Assembly: GCF_006345805.1 (NCBI RefSeq) | Contig: NC_043013.1 | Span: forward strand, 5,518,001-5,582,000 | Direction of reading: 5' to 3' | Origin: Octopus sinensis | Lineage: Eukaryota | DNA: 64,000 bases | In this document: in pieces, positions 13,105 to 26,156 of the stretch | Numbering within the stretch: the stretch's first letter is position 1 | Layout: every line of letters starts with the position of its first letter | Notes under the pieces: generated by a model | Told to the model about the DNA's origin: nothing | What the model saw: only the letters and a program-made list of their open reading frames with translations | The model's database searches: none | Translations under genes and position numbers: made by a program

Positions 13105-13398
13105 TGGAGTACCATCCTGGGGAATTTTTAGTCGAATGAATCGACCTCAGTGTCTTTTTGCTGAAACGCTGAGTTATGGGGACGTAAACAAACCAACAGC
13201 GGTTGTGAAGCGGTGGAGGGGAGGGAACAAGCACACACACACACTCGGCAGGTTTCTTTCAGTTTCCGTCTGCGAGATCCACTCACCAGGCTTTCGTCAA
13301 CTCGAGGATATATAAGATATGTCGCGCAGTGGGATTGAACCCAGAATCATGTGGTTGGGAAGCAAGCTTCTTACCACACAGTCACGCCTGCGCCTATA
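13105..13398 (-). mobile_element. SINE family A, abutting the Helitron 5' end
   Basis: Family A body and head in reverse orientation. Confidence 0.75.
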
Positions 13399-13882
<484 letters not shown>

Positions 13883-13890
13883 TATATATC

Positions 13891-13992
<102 letters not shown>

Positions 13993-14132
13993 TCAGCCGT
14001 ATGTGTATGACCTGGGAGCCTGTGCGATGTTTTCGCTAATTGTTCAAGATGCCTGTATAGTTGCGAGCAGGCCTAGACACTCACTTGTCTCTCCCTTTGG
14101 TTCTGTTTCTGCAGCTCATCCAGGATGTGACT

Positions 14133-14163
<31 letters not shown>

Positions 14164-14944
14164 CGGGGATTGTACCACCACTCATTTTTCGCTGAGTAAA
14201 TTGGATCAACGTGAAATAAAGTGCATTGTTCAAGGACACAACGTACCGCCCTATCTAGGAATTGAACCTACGACATTATGGCGGTGAGCCAAGCCAGTCT
14301 AACTTGTAAGACACATGTAGGCTCGGGTCTTCAGCCTAGTGTATATCTTGATTACATTATCAGATGTACTCTTGTCTTTGCTACTGTTTCTAACGTGTCG
14401 AGTGACTGACTACGTAGACTTCTCCGCTAGTGTTGGTTGAGACATAACAAAGACAAATATGAACCAAGAGAAATAACCAAGACTGGCCAAAGGCATGTAT
14501 TCGAACAACATAGGCGATTACAGGTATATCAAATACCGTACAATATAAATTCTCGATTTATTAAAATTATGACCGCTTCTAGAGGATGTGTCATTACTAA
14601 ATAGCAGTTAATCAGCTCCATATCAGTAGGAAAGATAATCTCAAGATTCGAGAATTCAGCAGCGATAGCATAGGGTTGAGGAAAAGTACAGCTTATTATC
14701 TGGAGATAAGAGACCAGACACTTCTTACTTGCAGTATCTTAATATTCTGGCATTTCTCTTCTACCCTCCCTCATCCCTTAACCACAAACGCCTTTTCTCC
14801 CCCACCTCCTCATAAGATTTCACGAATATTAAAAGATCGTCTGGTTAGTGGCCGTTGTTGTTAAGCCCAGGCTTAATTGAGCAAGCTTATTGATCAAAGG
14901 CATTCCCAGTTGTGACAACCCCATCTAATATATATTATATATGT

Positions 14945-15137
14945 TTCAAATTTTGGTACAAGGCCAGCAATTTCGGGGTTGGATAAGTCAATTACATAGA
15001 TCCCAGTGTTCAACTGGTGTTTATCTTATCGATCCCGAAAGGGCGAAAGGTAAAAGTACACTGTGGCGGAATTTGAACTCAGAACGTAGAGGCGCGCGAA
15101 GCAATTTACCGGGCGTGCTAACGATTCTACTAGCTCA
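14945..15137 (-). mobile_element. SINE family B
   Basis: GATCCCGAAAGGGCGAAAGG...GGAATTTGAACTCAGAACG. Confidence 0.75.
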
Positions 15138-15156
15138 CGTCTTTTATTTATATATA

Positions 15157-15555
15157 GACGCAGGGGTGGCTTCGCTTGCTTCCCAAGCACATGGTTCTGA
15201 GTTCAGTCCCACTGCGTGGCACTTTCGGCAAGTGTCTTCTACTTTAGACTCGGGCCGACCAAAGCCTTGTGATAGACGAAAACTGAAAGAAGCCCGTCGT
15301 GTGTGTGTGTATATATATTATATATATATATATACACACATACACATATATATGTATGTATATGTTTGCGTGTCTGTGTTATCCCACCACCATCTCTTGA
15401 CAACCGATGTTGGTGTGTTTACGTACCCTAACTTAGCGGTTCGGGAAAATAGAATAAATACTAGGCTTATAAAGAATAAGTGCTGGGTCGATTTGTTCGA
15501 CTAAAGGCGGTGTTCCAACATGATCGCTGTCAAATGACTTAAATGTGTAAAAGAG
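15157..15555 (+). mobile_element. SINE family A
   Basis: Head, microsatellite and tail all present. Confidence 0.85.
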
Positions 15556-15566
15556 TAATTTATATA

Positions 15567-15792
15567 CAGGGGTTGGACAAAATAATGGAAACACCTTAAA
15601 ATTTCAAACAAATTAATTTTAATATAGGTTAGGACCGCCTTTGGCAGTAATTACAGCTTGAATTCTATGAGGTATGAACTCGTACAAATTTTGAATTGTT
15701 TCCAAAGGAATTTTTGTCTATTCTACAGCTAAAACAGTCTCCAGTTCTTGTAGTGATGATGGCAGAGGATATCGACTCCTCACTTGTGTTTC
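15567..15792 (-). mobile_element. Tc1/mariner 3' end with transposase C-terminal remnant
   Basis: TA followed by terminus CAGGGGTTGGACAAAATAATGGAAACACC. Minus strand reads VRSRYPLPSSLQELETVLAVE*TKIPLETIQNLYEFIPHRIQAVITAKGGPNLY*, a Tc1 transposase C-terminus with one premature stop. Cut off by a SINE at ~15793. Confidence 0.88.
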
Positions 15793-16025
15793 TAAGGTAC
15801 GGGGACGTAAACACACCAACATCGGTTGTCAAGCGATGGTGGAGGAACAGACGCACACACACACATAATACATACATACACGACTGGTTTCTTTCAGTTT
15901 CCGTCTATCAAATCCACTCACAAGGCTTTTGTCAGCCCGAGGCTATAGAAGACACTTGCCCAAGGTGCCACGCATGGGGAATGAACCCGGAGCCATGTGG
16001 TTGTTAAGCAAGCTACTTACCACTT
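15793..16025 (-). mobile_element. SINE family A, 3'-truncated
   Basis: GGGGACGTAAACACACCAACATCGG...GCAAGCTACTTACCAC. Confidence 0.8.
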
Positions 16026-16568
16026 TATTAATAAAGCTGCAAAGACATCTCAAAAGCTGTTACTCAGAGTTTCACGTTCCCGTTCGTCGGACAGTTTTGG
16101 TTGAGAATATATAGCTACATTGTGCAGGGTGTCCTTCATTTTTTTAAGACAATAGGATGTGATTTGAGATAAACTTGACTTATGTTTCTAGCTACTCGGG
16201 CGAGCTTGTATAGACGGTTCCCTCGTTGTTTGCTCAGGGGTGTAAGTGGGTGGGTGGGATAATAAAGCGGGTGAGAAGAAACAGGTGCCACTAAGGAAAA
16301 ATTTAAAATAGGGTGTGGCCTGGAAGGCAGATAGAAAGGTCAGAGGGGACCACTTTATAAGGAGTGTATGTGTGTGTGTGTGTGTGTGTGTGATAATGTG
16401 TGAACTCGCATATGTATTAACGCACGTTTAAGCATGTTTATATGTAGTAATGTGGGTTTGTGTGTAATATTGTAGGGAGAATTTAAAATAAGGGTTGAAA
16501 AGGTTAGAGGGGACTACATTACAGAGGAATGCCTGAGTATATATGTGATGTGTATATTTTTATATGTA

Positions 16569-16951
16569 TAGGAGTGGTTGTGTGGTAAATAGCTTGCTTA
16601 CCAACCACATGGTTCCGGGTGGCACCTTGGACAAGCGTCTTCTACTATAGCCTAGGGCCGACCAAAGCCTTGTGAGTGGATTTGGTTGACAGAAACTGAA
16701 GAGAAGCCCGTCGTATATATATATAGGTATATATATATGTGTGTGTGTATGCTTGTGTCTGCGTTTGTCCCCCCAACATCGCTTGACAACCGATGCTGGT
16801 GTGTTTACGTCCCCGTAACTTAGCGGTTCGGCAAAAGAGACCAATAGAATAAGTACTAAGCTTACAAAGAACAAGTCCTGGGGTCGAGTTGCTCGACTAA
16901 AGGCGGTGCTCCAGCATGGCCGCAGTCAAATGACTGAAACAAGTAAAAGAG
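16569..16951 (+). mobile_element. SINE family A, near consensus
   Basis: GGAGTGGTTGTGTGGTAA...GACTGAAACAAGTAAAAGAG. Confidence 0.9.
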
Positions 16952-17071
16952 TATATGTATGTTTTACGCGTATATGAATATATATTTATGTATAGCGTGC
17001 ATTTGTGATATTTAAACATTTATAAGTGACTATACATTTACATATGCTTATATATGGTGTTTGTTCATACG

Positions 17072-17380
17072 TGTGAAGGTGCATGGCTTAGTGGTATTCG
17101 GTTCACGAGTTCGATTCCTGACGGCGTGTTGTGTCCACGAGCAAGACGGTTTATTTCACGTCGCTCCGGTCTAATCAGCTGGCGAAATTGACCTGGGCCA
17201 GCAATTCAAAAGGACCGGCCGTATCACAATCTGCGTCAGGCAGGATCTCCCCGAGAACTTACATGAAGTGTACTCGTGACTGTGGAGTACTCAGCCACTT
17301 GCACGTTAGTTTCACGAGCAGTCCGCTCTGTTGATCGGATCACCTGGAATATTTGTCGTCGTAACCGACGGAGTACCGGT
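17072..17380 (+). mobile_element. tRNA-derived SINE, family C (my label)
   Basis: GAAGGTGCATGGCTTAGTGGT...GAGTTCGATTCC head, GAGCAAGAC...TATTTCACGT core, GTCGTAACCGACGGAGTACC tail. Confidence 0.75.
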
Positions 17381-17981
17381 TGCGTTCCTATGTGCTAATG
17401 TATGTTTGTGTGGAAATGCACGCGTGAGTTTATATGCCGTAATGTATATTTGTGCGTGATGTACGTTGAACGTGTGTTTGTGTTTGATAAGACACTTTCT
17501 ACCTGTGTTTGTGTTCGATAAAACACTTTCTACCTGTGTTTGTGATAACGTATGAGTCATAATAATGTAGTATGCCTGTGTATGATAATGTATGTTTAGG
17601 TTATAAAGGGTGGTGGGTGAGCACAAAAGCGAGGCTTCATTTAATCTACACTGTTTGACTTACACATTGTGAAAGTGGCGAGGGGTGGAGAGACGAAACA
17701 GTGAATATATATATATATCTTTAGATAGGTGTGTGTTTTTTCGTACTGAATATGTTTATTACAGTGTTTTTTTACAGAATGTGTGTGTGCGTGCGTGTAA
17801 AAATCTGATGTGTGTTTAAAAAAATGTAATGTATGAAAAAATGTGTATGTATATATATGTAAAAAAATGTAATGTGCGATGATATGTATGTCTTTAAAAA
17901 CTATGCAATGTGTGCATGTATCTGTGAGTAAACAAAATATGAAGTGTATTTGTAAGAAAAAAGTGTGGGGGGGGGGGTGAA

Positions 17982-19408
17982 CTTGTTAAATTTTACTTCC
18001 TATTGCATCAAGCTTTTCAAATTTTCACCAGATTATATTTTTGAAAATAGTTCTTATGTAATCTTGCATGGTGATGAAAATCGCATTTATTTATACTTTC
18101 TAGAAAGTAATTGTAAATAAGTTACAAGTATTTAAAATCATGAAATTTTAGCCAATAGGGAGCAGCCTTCATATACCGCCGGATGCCGTGACTTTGTCTC
18201 CTTTCGGAGCAGCAAGCACGCAGGAAATCTTTACGTTATATCTTGACCTACTAGAAATAGCAGCCAAATCTTCCTTAAACTACATCCTCACCTCCACCGA
18301 CAAAAAAAATAGCAATAGAAAAGGCGAAACATTGTATCACAAAAGACCATTTATTTCCTCGCTTGAGGCGGGTCCAAGTCCTCGCAATTTGTTGAGTGTT
18401 ATTAATAGCATGTAAATGAAAATGAATCTCAGTGGATGTAACCTTTTATCGGACTCACGACCCTTAAAACACTTATTGGGTCCCACATATTAGATGTATT
18501 TTCTCTTTTCTTATGGTAAAATTGTAAAGAAAAAGGCGGTGGTAGGGGTAGAGAAAGAATTGGTTCGATGAATTGGGGCAAAATAAGTAATTGGTGATAT
18601 TTTTCATTATTTTTTTCTACCTGTTCGGAACTGTTATATTGCAGGTATTGCATCATCGTCTTTGGGAATAAAAATTGGTCAGCATATTAATAACTCTGCT
18701 GACCGATTTTTACAACCCGCCCCAAAAAATGATGCAATACATGCAATGTAATGTTTTCAAACAGGTCGGTTTTAAGTTGAGTTTAAAACACATTTTGTCA
18801 TTGTATGAAGTGTTACTGTTGACGACGATGATGATGATTATGATGGAGCTGTTCTATCTCCACTACCAAACCTTGAAAGACATTTTTTATCATAACAGAA
18901 GAGAAAATACATTTTATATCAGTCTGTTGAGCCGAGTAAGAGTCGTGAGTTCGATAAAAGGTTACATCCGTGGAGATTGACTTTCATTTAGAAGTTAGTG
19001 GAAAGTAAGTGGAAAGCACTTGGACCTTCCACAAACGAGGAAATAAACAGGGCTGTGACACAGTTTTGTCCTTTTTTGAGACGTTGTGTATTTTAAGGAA
19101 GATTTAGCTGCTATTTCTAGAAGGTCGGCGGTCGACATAAAGGTTCCCTGTGTTCTTGCTGTTCTCAAAGGTAACAGTCACGGCGTCCGGTATATCTGGC
19201 AATGGAGGCTGCCGATTGGTTAAAATTACATAATTTAAAATGCTTTGAACTTATTAATTTCTAGGGAAAAAAAGAAAATGAATGCGATTTTCGTTACTAG
19301 CAAGCACCCCCACAAAAAACAAACAAAAATGCATTAAAACCACATGTTTTGAAAATAATCTGATGAAATTTTGTAAAAACTCGAAGTAGTTACAAAAAAT
19401 TTAACAAG
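17982..19408. repeat. ~1.43 kb diverged palindrome (inverted duplication)
   Basis: Colinear inverted anchors: 18185/19184 (GCCGTGAC), 18251/19120 (CTAGAAATAGCAGC), 18434-18451/18952-18969 (18 nt perfect) and inner stem 18670-18684/18697-18711. All centre at 18685-18702. Confidence 0.88.
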
Positions 19409-19734
19409 ATCCGAAATATGAAATGTATCTGTAAAAATATGTAATGTGTGCGTGTATGTATAGTATATACGTATAAAATAATATATATATTGCATCAATT
19501 GTGGTCAGGTTGTGTCACAATCTCAACCAGGAGATACTACTCGATCATAGTGACTACAATACTTGTTCTATAATTTTGTATTTTATGTATTTTCCGTTAG
19601 TTAAGCGTCATTATTTTGACTCATCACCGTTTCTTTTGTAATTCGACGCTGTTGAGTCAAGCAAAACGTGTAACGCTTATAACACATAGGTGTGTATATG
19701 GATATATGCTTACACGCATATTATACATATATAT

Positions 19735-19935
19735 ATTCTTTTATTTGTTTCAGTTATTTGATCGCTGCCATGCTGGAGCACCGCCTTTAGTCGAGCAAAT
19801 CGACCCCAGGACTTACTCTTTGTAAGCCTAGTACTTATTCTATCGGTCTCTTTTGCCGAACCGCTAAGTTACGGGGACGTAAACAGACCAGCATCGATTG
19901 TCAAGCGATGTTGGGGGACAAATACAGACACACAA
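19735..19935 (-). mobile_element. SINE family A, 3' half
   Basis: TTTCAGTTATTTGATCGCTGCCATGCTGGAGCACCGCC... Confidence 0.8.
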
Positions 19936-20020
19936 ACATATATACATATATATATATAATAGATATACCTACATTATATATATATATATATATATGAAGA
20001 AGCCCAGAGAGAGAGAGAGT

Positions 20021-20397
20021 GAGTGGTTGTATACTGTCAACATAACGTGACAGTCCCGTAAAGGGAATTACACCACCGCTGTTTAGCCCTAGGAAGCATC
20101 GACGCTTCCTGTTGGCTTTGACACATTTCCCGTGTCCTTATATTTGCGAGGGCTTGGCAAGTATCTCAACAAGCAGGAATTGCTACTCTGGACTGATGAC
20201 GGGCAAGACCCAGAAACATGCATGTCTTCAGGTGTGAATCCTAGTTGGTGGGGGTGCTTGCCTCCCCTTCGCAAATATAAGGACACAGGAAATGTGTCAA
20301 AGTCGACAGGATGCGTCGATGCTTCCTAGGGCTAAATAGCGGTGGTGTAATTCCCTTTACGGGACTGTCACGTTATGTTGACAGTATACAACCACTC
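20021..20397. mobile_element. Fold-back element with 141 bp inverted arms and a central hammerhead motif
   Basis: 20021-20161 is the reverse complement of 20257-20397: first 60 nt identical, 5 mismatches in the first ~129 nt. Flanked by (GA)n/(TC)n and then (TA)n on both sides. Confidence 0.85.
20187..20232 (+). ncRNA. Minimal type-I hammerhead ribozyme motif (Penelope/retrozyme-like)
   Basis: UCUGGA-CUGAUGA-C-GGG(CAAGA)CCC-A-GAAAC-AUGCAU-GUC-UUCAGG. Stem I 6 bp (2 G.U), intact core boxes, palindromic stem III ACAUGCAUGU, GUC triplet with predicted cut after 20226. One C.A mismatch at the base of stem II. Confidence 0.75.
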
Positions 20398-20591
20398 TCT
20401 CTCTCTCTCTCTCCATATATATATGGGAGGGTGCGTGGCCGGGTGGTGCATTGTGTTCTTGAGCAAACCACTTCATCTCACGCTGCTCTGCGATGCCACC
20501 CGATGCGTGGTACACAATGCACCATTTCAGACAACGTCGATTTGATCGAGAGTGAGCCATTGTGTGGCACGAATTTTTGATCACTATAAAC

Positions 20592-20680
20592 CAGGAGTGG
20601 GGGAACTTTTTAGTGCGGCGGCGGAAAATTTCCAAAAATAGAAAAAAAGAAAAAAAAAGGTCCGCAGGCGGATCACAAGT
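20592..20680 (+). mobile_element. Possible 5' end of a hAT-type element
   Basis: Begins CAGGAGTGGGGAAC, resembling CAGGGGTGGGGAAC hAT termini. No matching right end found. Confidence 0.35.
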
Positions 20681-20757
20681 TCTTACTCTTCTATCTGTCT
20701 AAATCTTGTATATTTATCTATATATAATTCGAGACACATTAATAAAGAAAAGTTTAG

Positions 20758-20977
20758 TCCTTTCATGACCAACCTGACTGAAACCGGCTCTGGCTCTGAG
20801 TACAAATGTCCTACTTTCAAAAGTTCTGAATTGAAATCTTCCACCAAACCTTGGTCACAATTTATGTTCCTAACACTAGCTGAATGATAACTAAGTTATT
20901 TTACTAAATTCTTTGTTATATTTAAAGTAATTGAAAGAAACACAGAACATCTCAAAATAAATACAGTAATGAAAGGG
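20758..20977. mobile_element. piggyBac-type MITE (~220 bp)
   Basis: Ends TCCTTT...AAAGGG|TTAA. The body aligns with the 63709-63929 copy. Confidence 0.7.
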
Positions 20978-22369
20978 TTAAGGCATTAAATTAACGCCGC
21001 CGCCACTGAATTTAGGACGTTTATATTACTTATGAGGTTGTTGGGATCTCAAGGGAGTGGCGCAAACCTAGCAATATGTGTTTTATTACCGGACGATTTT
21101 TATGTCCGAGACTAATCGTTTTAAGTTGCAGTGGAAACGCGACCTATTTCCGCAAATAGGCATACGAATATTGTATAAAATTTATTATTGAAAAATTTAC
21201 CATATTTTGTACATATGAGTATACAAGCGTGCGTGAGCAATAAAATGGGTCGTTCTGCAAAAGCTAAGCACTCAAACGTCATCTTCGACGGGAGTGTCTG
21301 TATATGAACTTGTTCCAATCATTGGATTGCGACCATAGTAGAGCAGTTTGTGTATAACACCTGGAAGCATCTGTGTACGAATGTGGTGTAGTTTGCGGGT
21401 CTGTACGGATTTTAATGCACACATAACACATGCATACACATATCATTTCTACATGGAATATATTGTATATATGATAACAGTTTCCGTTCTAAATCTGAGG
21501 AGCTCGTTTCATGAAGGCATTATGTGAGTTACTGAGTCGATCCGCTCTTCACCTCCCTCTCTTGCCACCGCCACACCTCCTGCTCGATACACAAAAGACG
21601 CGCGTATTGGCACTCTCCTTTCTCCACCTCTCTATCTCTCTCTCCTTCCTCTTCTCTGTATCTTTTTTCCTACAATCCTCTGTATCTCTCTTTTCTTTCC
21701 TGTCTCTCTCTCTCTCTCTTCTTTCCTATCTATCTCTCTTTTTTCTCCCTTTACCTCTCAATCTCCCCATCTTTCTATCTCTCTCTTCTTCTCTCTCTCT
21801 TTCTCTATCTCCCTCCTTCACTTTTTGTCTCTCTTCCTCTCTTCCCTTACATTCTATTCTCTTACAGTTTAATATTCTTTACTAAACTCTGAAGCTTGCA
21901 TATTTAAATAACTTTGTGTGTGTGTGTGCGTGCGCGCACTTGCATATATATATATATATATATACACACACATTTGTGTATATATATGCGGTGTCGTCTG
22001 CACGTGCCTGCGGGCACGCCTTATTGTCTGCATGTATCTATTACTTTCTCTTCCTGTTAGTGTGTATGTATTTACTTAAGTGTATATGTGTGTGTGTGTT
22101 AGTGCATCAGTGTTGTTTAAGTGTGTGTGTGTGTGTGTGATGTAGAGATACATATTACAGCTACGATGTAACTACATGTGTGCGTATAAGTCTGTATGTA
22201 TCTATATATATATATATATGTGTACGTGCTTTTGTTTGTTAGCATAACATTGCCATTTAAGTGTGTGTATGTTTGTGATGCGGAGGTACTTAACTATCAT
22301 TCCCGTTGTGATGTATCTATATGTATGTGTGTGTGTGTAAGTTTGCATGTGTGTATATTTCTATATATA

Positions 22370-22404
<35 letters not shown>

Positions 22405-22501
22405 TAAGTATTGTGCTCATAGGAATGTTCTCGGCATAATTGTAACCAGTGTAAGAGATGGTAACACAATCTGTGTTTAATATATGTGTGTGTGTGTGTG
22501 T

Positions 22502-22979
22502 GTTTTATGTATCTGTGCGTGTGTGATATATATAAGCTATGTGTGCGTGTGTCCTTTTGGAAATATGTTTGTGCATACACACATGCACATATGCATTCAC
22601 ATAAACACATCTATAAGCACAAATATGTGCGCATCTGTATATGTATGATGCTTCAGGGCATTGGCCTTGTCAGCCACACGCGCCCTTTACAGCCAACGAG
22701 GACCAGACCCTTACATCTTCGTTCGCGAACTTGTGTGTGTGTTTTATGTATCTGTGCGTGTGTGATATATATAAGCTATGTGTGCGTGTGTCCTTTTGGA
22801 AATATGTTTGTGCATACACACATGCACATATGCATTCACATAAACACATCTATAAGCACAAATATGTGCGCATCTGTATATGTATGATGCTTCAGGGCAT
22901 TGGCCTTGTCAGCCACACGCGCCCTTTACAGCCAACGAGGACCAGACCCTTACATCTTCGTTCGCGAACTTGTGTGTGT
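22502..22979. repeat. Exact 239 bp tandem duplication
   Basis: 22502-22740 repeats at 22741-22979, bounded by (TG)n. Confidence 0.92.
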
Positions 22980-23089
22980 GTTTGTGTGGCTGTACCCCAC
23001 TAACATATTTTGCTAAATAACAAGTTTATCTTTGATAAATTAGTTATATTTCTGTAATACACAAAATATTTTAACAATTTTTTTAACAA

Positions 23090-23424
23090 GGCACCGTAGT
23101 GGTTCCGGTTTCAGTCCCACTGTGTGGCACCTTGAGCAAGAGTCTTCTATAACCTGGAGCTGATCAAAGCCTTGTGAGTGGATTTGGTAGACGGAAACTG
23201 AAAGAAGCTCGTTGTATATATGTATGTCTGTGTTTGTCCCCCCTCCCAACATCGCTTGACAACTGATGGTGGTGTGTTTACGTCCCCGTAACTTAGTAGT
23301 TCGGGAAAAGAGACTGATATAATAAGTACTAGGCTTACAAAGAATAAGTCCTGGGGTCGATTTGCTCGACTAAAGGCGGTGCTCCAGCATGGCTGCAGTC
23401 AAATGACTGAAACAAGTAAAAGAG
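23090..23424 (+). mobile_element. SINE family A
   Basis: Family A head remnant, body and tail. Confidence 0.85.
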
Positions 23425-23450
23425 TATATATATATATATATTATATATAT

Positions 23451-23484
<34 letters not shown>

Positions 23485-23499
23485 AGAATAAGCATATTA

Positions 23500-23865
23500 A
23501 AATGGGTCCATAAGAAAACTTATTTAAATAAAAGGGTTGGGAGCCACTGGCGTAGTGAGAGGAGGGACAGTTCCAATTTGCCCTCTCAGGCATAAGTCTG
23601 GGCAAGGTTGTTTTATGGAAGACCAGCAATCGCCCATGCATACCAGCCTCCCTTTCCCACGCCACTGATGTTGTCCACTGGAAAGGCAAAGGGGCCGATA
23701 CAGCTTGGCACCAGTGACGTCGCAACTCAATTCTACAGCTGAGTGAACTAGAACAACCTGAAATAGTGTCTTGCTCAAGAACACAACACACAGCCCGGTC
23801 TGGGAATCGAATTCACTACCTCATGATTATAAACCCGACACTCTAACCACTGAGCCATGCGTCTT
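23500..23865 (-). mobile_element. SINE family C variant
   Basis: Reverse complement of the 43712-44030 copy. Confidence 0.8.
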
Positions 23866-24605
23866 CGATGGCAGGAAGGAAGTTATTCTCAGTAAAACTT
23901 GGTCTAAATGTTTGCGACAGAGTGGATGGACGTCACTAAGGGTGCCCAGGGACCATGTGTGTTGGGGGTGATGCTGTTGATGGTGGTGGTGGTGGTGGTG
24001 CTGGTGCTGGTGATAGTTGTGGGGATGGTAGTGGTGGTGGTAATGGGAGGGTATAACTCTTGTCCATGTTACTATTAACAGTGCTGTTTCTCTACTACTA
24101 CTACTACTACTACAGGCCATTATAACAAAGTTAATCAAGACCCTGTGCCCCACTGTCACCATCACCATGACAACCACCAGCAATCTGGACCTGTCAGTGT
24201 CACCTGTTGCTGTTCTCATTTAATTAATTAATTTGAACAGCTATTAATGATTACATTCACATGTGTGTGTGTGTGTGTGTTTTAACTATAGGTATGTGGT
24301 GGTGGTAGGGGGGCGTCAGAGCCGAAGAAAGAGAGTAGAAGAAAGAGACTAGTCTTTAAAAAGAGGGTGGGAGAGAGACAACAGTGTAATGTGGGGTAGA
24401 AGAGGGAGTACTATGCATTGTGGGAGCCCTGTGTATGATGGCGGTGGGGGATGAACTGCTTGGCAAATGGAGATTATCTGTGACACAGATTCAGTTGACC
24501 CCCCCCCTCTCGACCGAATTCTGAATGTCATTCCCAGCCTCCTTGCTAACTTTTCTTCACCTCACTACACTAAAGACCTTCTTCCAATAAAGGGTTACGC
24601 TGAGT

Positions 24606-24837
24606 AAGGCCGCGAGCTGGCAGAATCGTTAACACGCCGGGCGAAATGCTTAGTGGTATTTTGTCTGCGTTACGTTGTGAGTTCAAATTCCGCCGAGGTC
24701 GACTTTGCCTTTCATCCTTTCGGGGTCGATAAATTAAGTACCAGTTACACACTGGGGTCGATGTAATCGACTTAATACCTATGTCTGTCCGTGTTTGTCC
24801 CCTCTGTGTTTAGCCCCTTGTGGGTGATAAAGAAATA
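24606..24837 (+). mobile_element. SINE family B with 13 bp TSD
   Basis: TSD GGTTACGCTGAGT / GGTTACACTGAGT (1 mismatch) at ~24593 and 24838. Confidence 0.88.
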
Positions 24838-25749
24838 GGTTACACTGAGTTTTCGTATATCACCAGATATCATCATTTATTGTTTTAGCATCCATTTGTC
24901 CAGGCTTTCTCTAGCTGGGACAGAGTTTATTGAGGCAGAATTTTCTATGACCAGATGCTTTTCCTGTCACCAACTCTCACCTGCTTCCAGACAAGGTGAT
25001 AATTCCCCCCTTGGTGGCCAGGCATGTTTTCACAAAATAATAGAAATGAACGACCCTGCTTGTACGACAGCGACACTCATTTACAATTATCATGTGATGT
25101 GAAGACAAGGAGACACACACACACATTTATACATTTGTTCCATTTGTGAGCAAGTTGGGTGTCAGTGGTGGAGAGTGGGGCATCAGTCAGAGTCATCCTG
25201 TCTCTATGACAACTCAGTTTGTCATGAGGTCGCCCCCCCCCTCCCCAGTTATCTTTACACACCAAATCTTGTCTATGTATGTAAATAGACACAACAATAG
25301 TCAAACACAAGTGATTTGAAATCTAGTCATGTTTTTGTTTTTGTTTTTTTTGCTTTGCTTTGTCTTTATTTATTTAAAACTATACCACACTGCAACCCCT
25401 CCCCAACCATCACCACCACCAATACCATCACCACCACTGCCACTGCAATCACAAAGACAGGGTGTAAAATAGGTGAAATATTTGTGAAAAAGAGAGGACC
25501 AGCTCACATCACCATAGTCACATTATCTAACATACTGTTTTAACTCTTTTGCCAACAACCAGCCTGAAACGGCTGCCCTTGGTACAATGTTACAAATTCC
25601 CTGTTTTAAACCAGCTATGTCTGGCCAAAATACTCTACCCCCTTTTATGTTCAAACTGGCCAGATCTAACCTCTCACACCAATCCTAAATTATCCGTCTA
25701 AAAATTCACAGTTACATCATCGAAGTCTTGAAAGTATAAAATACTCTCT

Positions 25750-25950
25750 CTCTTCTACTTGTTTCAGTCATTTGACTGTGGCCATGCTGGAGCACCGCCT
25801 TTAGTCGAGCAAATCGACCCCGGCACTTATTCTTTGTAAGCCCAGTACTTATTCTATCGACCTCTTTGGCCGAACCGCTAAGTGACGGTGACGTAAACAC
25901 ACCAGCATCGGTTGTCAAGCAATGCTAGGGGGACAAACACAGACACACAA

Positions 25951-26003
<53 letters not shown>

Positions 26004-26156
26004 TACGACAGGCTTCTTTCAGTTTCCGTCTACTAAATCCACTCACAAGGCTTTGGTCGGCCCGGGGCTATAACAGAAGACACTTGCTCAAGATGCCACG
26101 CAGTGGGACTGAACCCGGAACCATGTGGTTGGTTAGTAAGCTACTTACCACACAGC
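25750..26156 (-). mobile_element. SINE family A, young, CpG retained
   Basis: Near-consensus copy. Confidence 0.9.
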
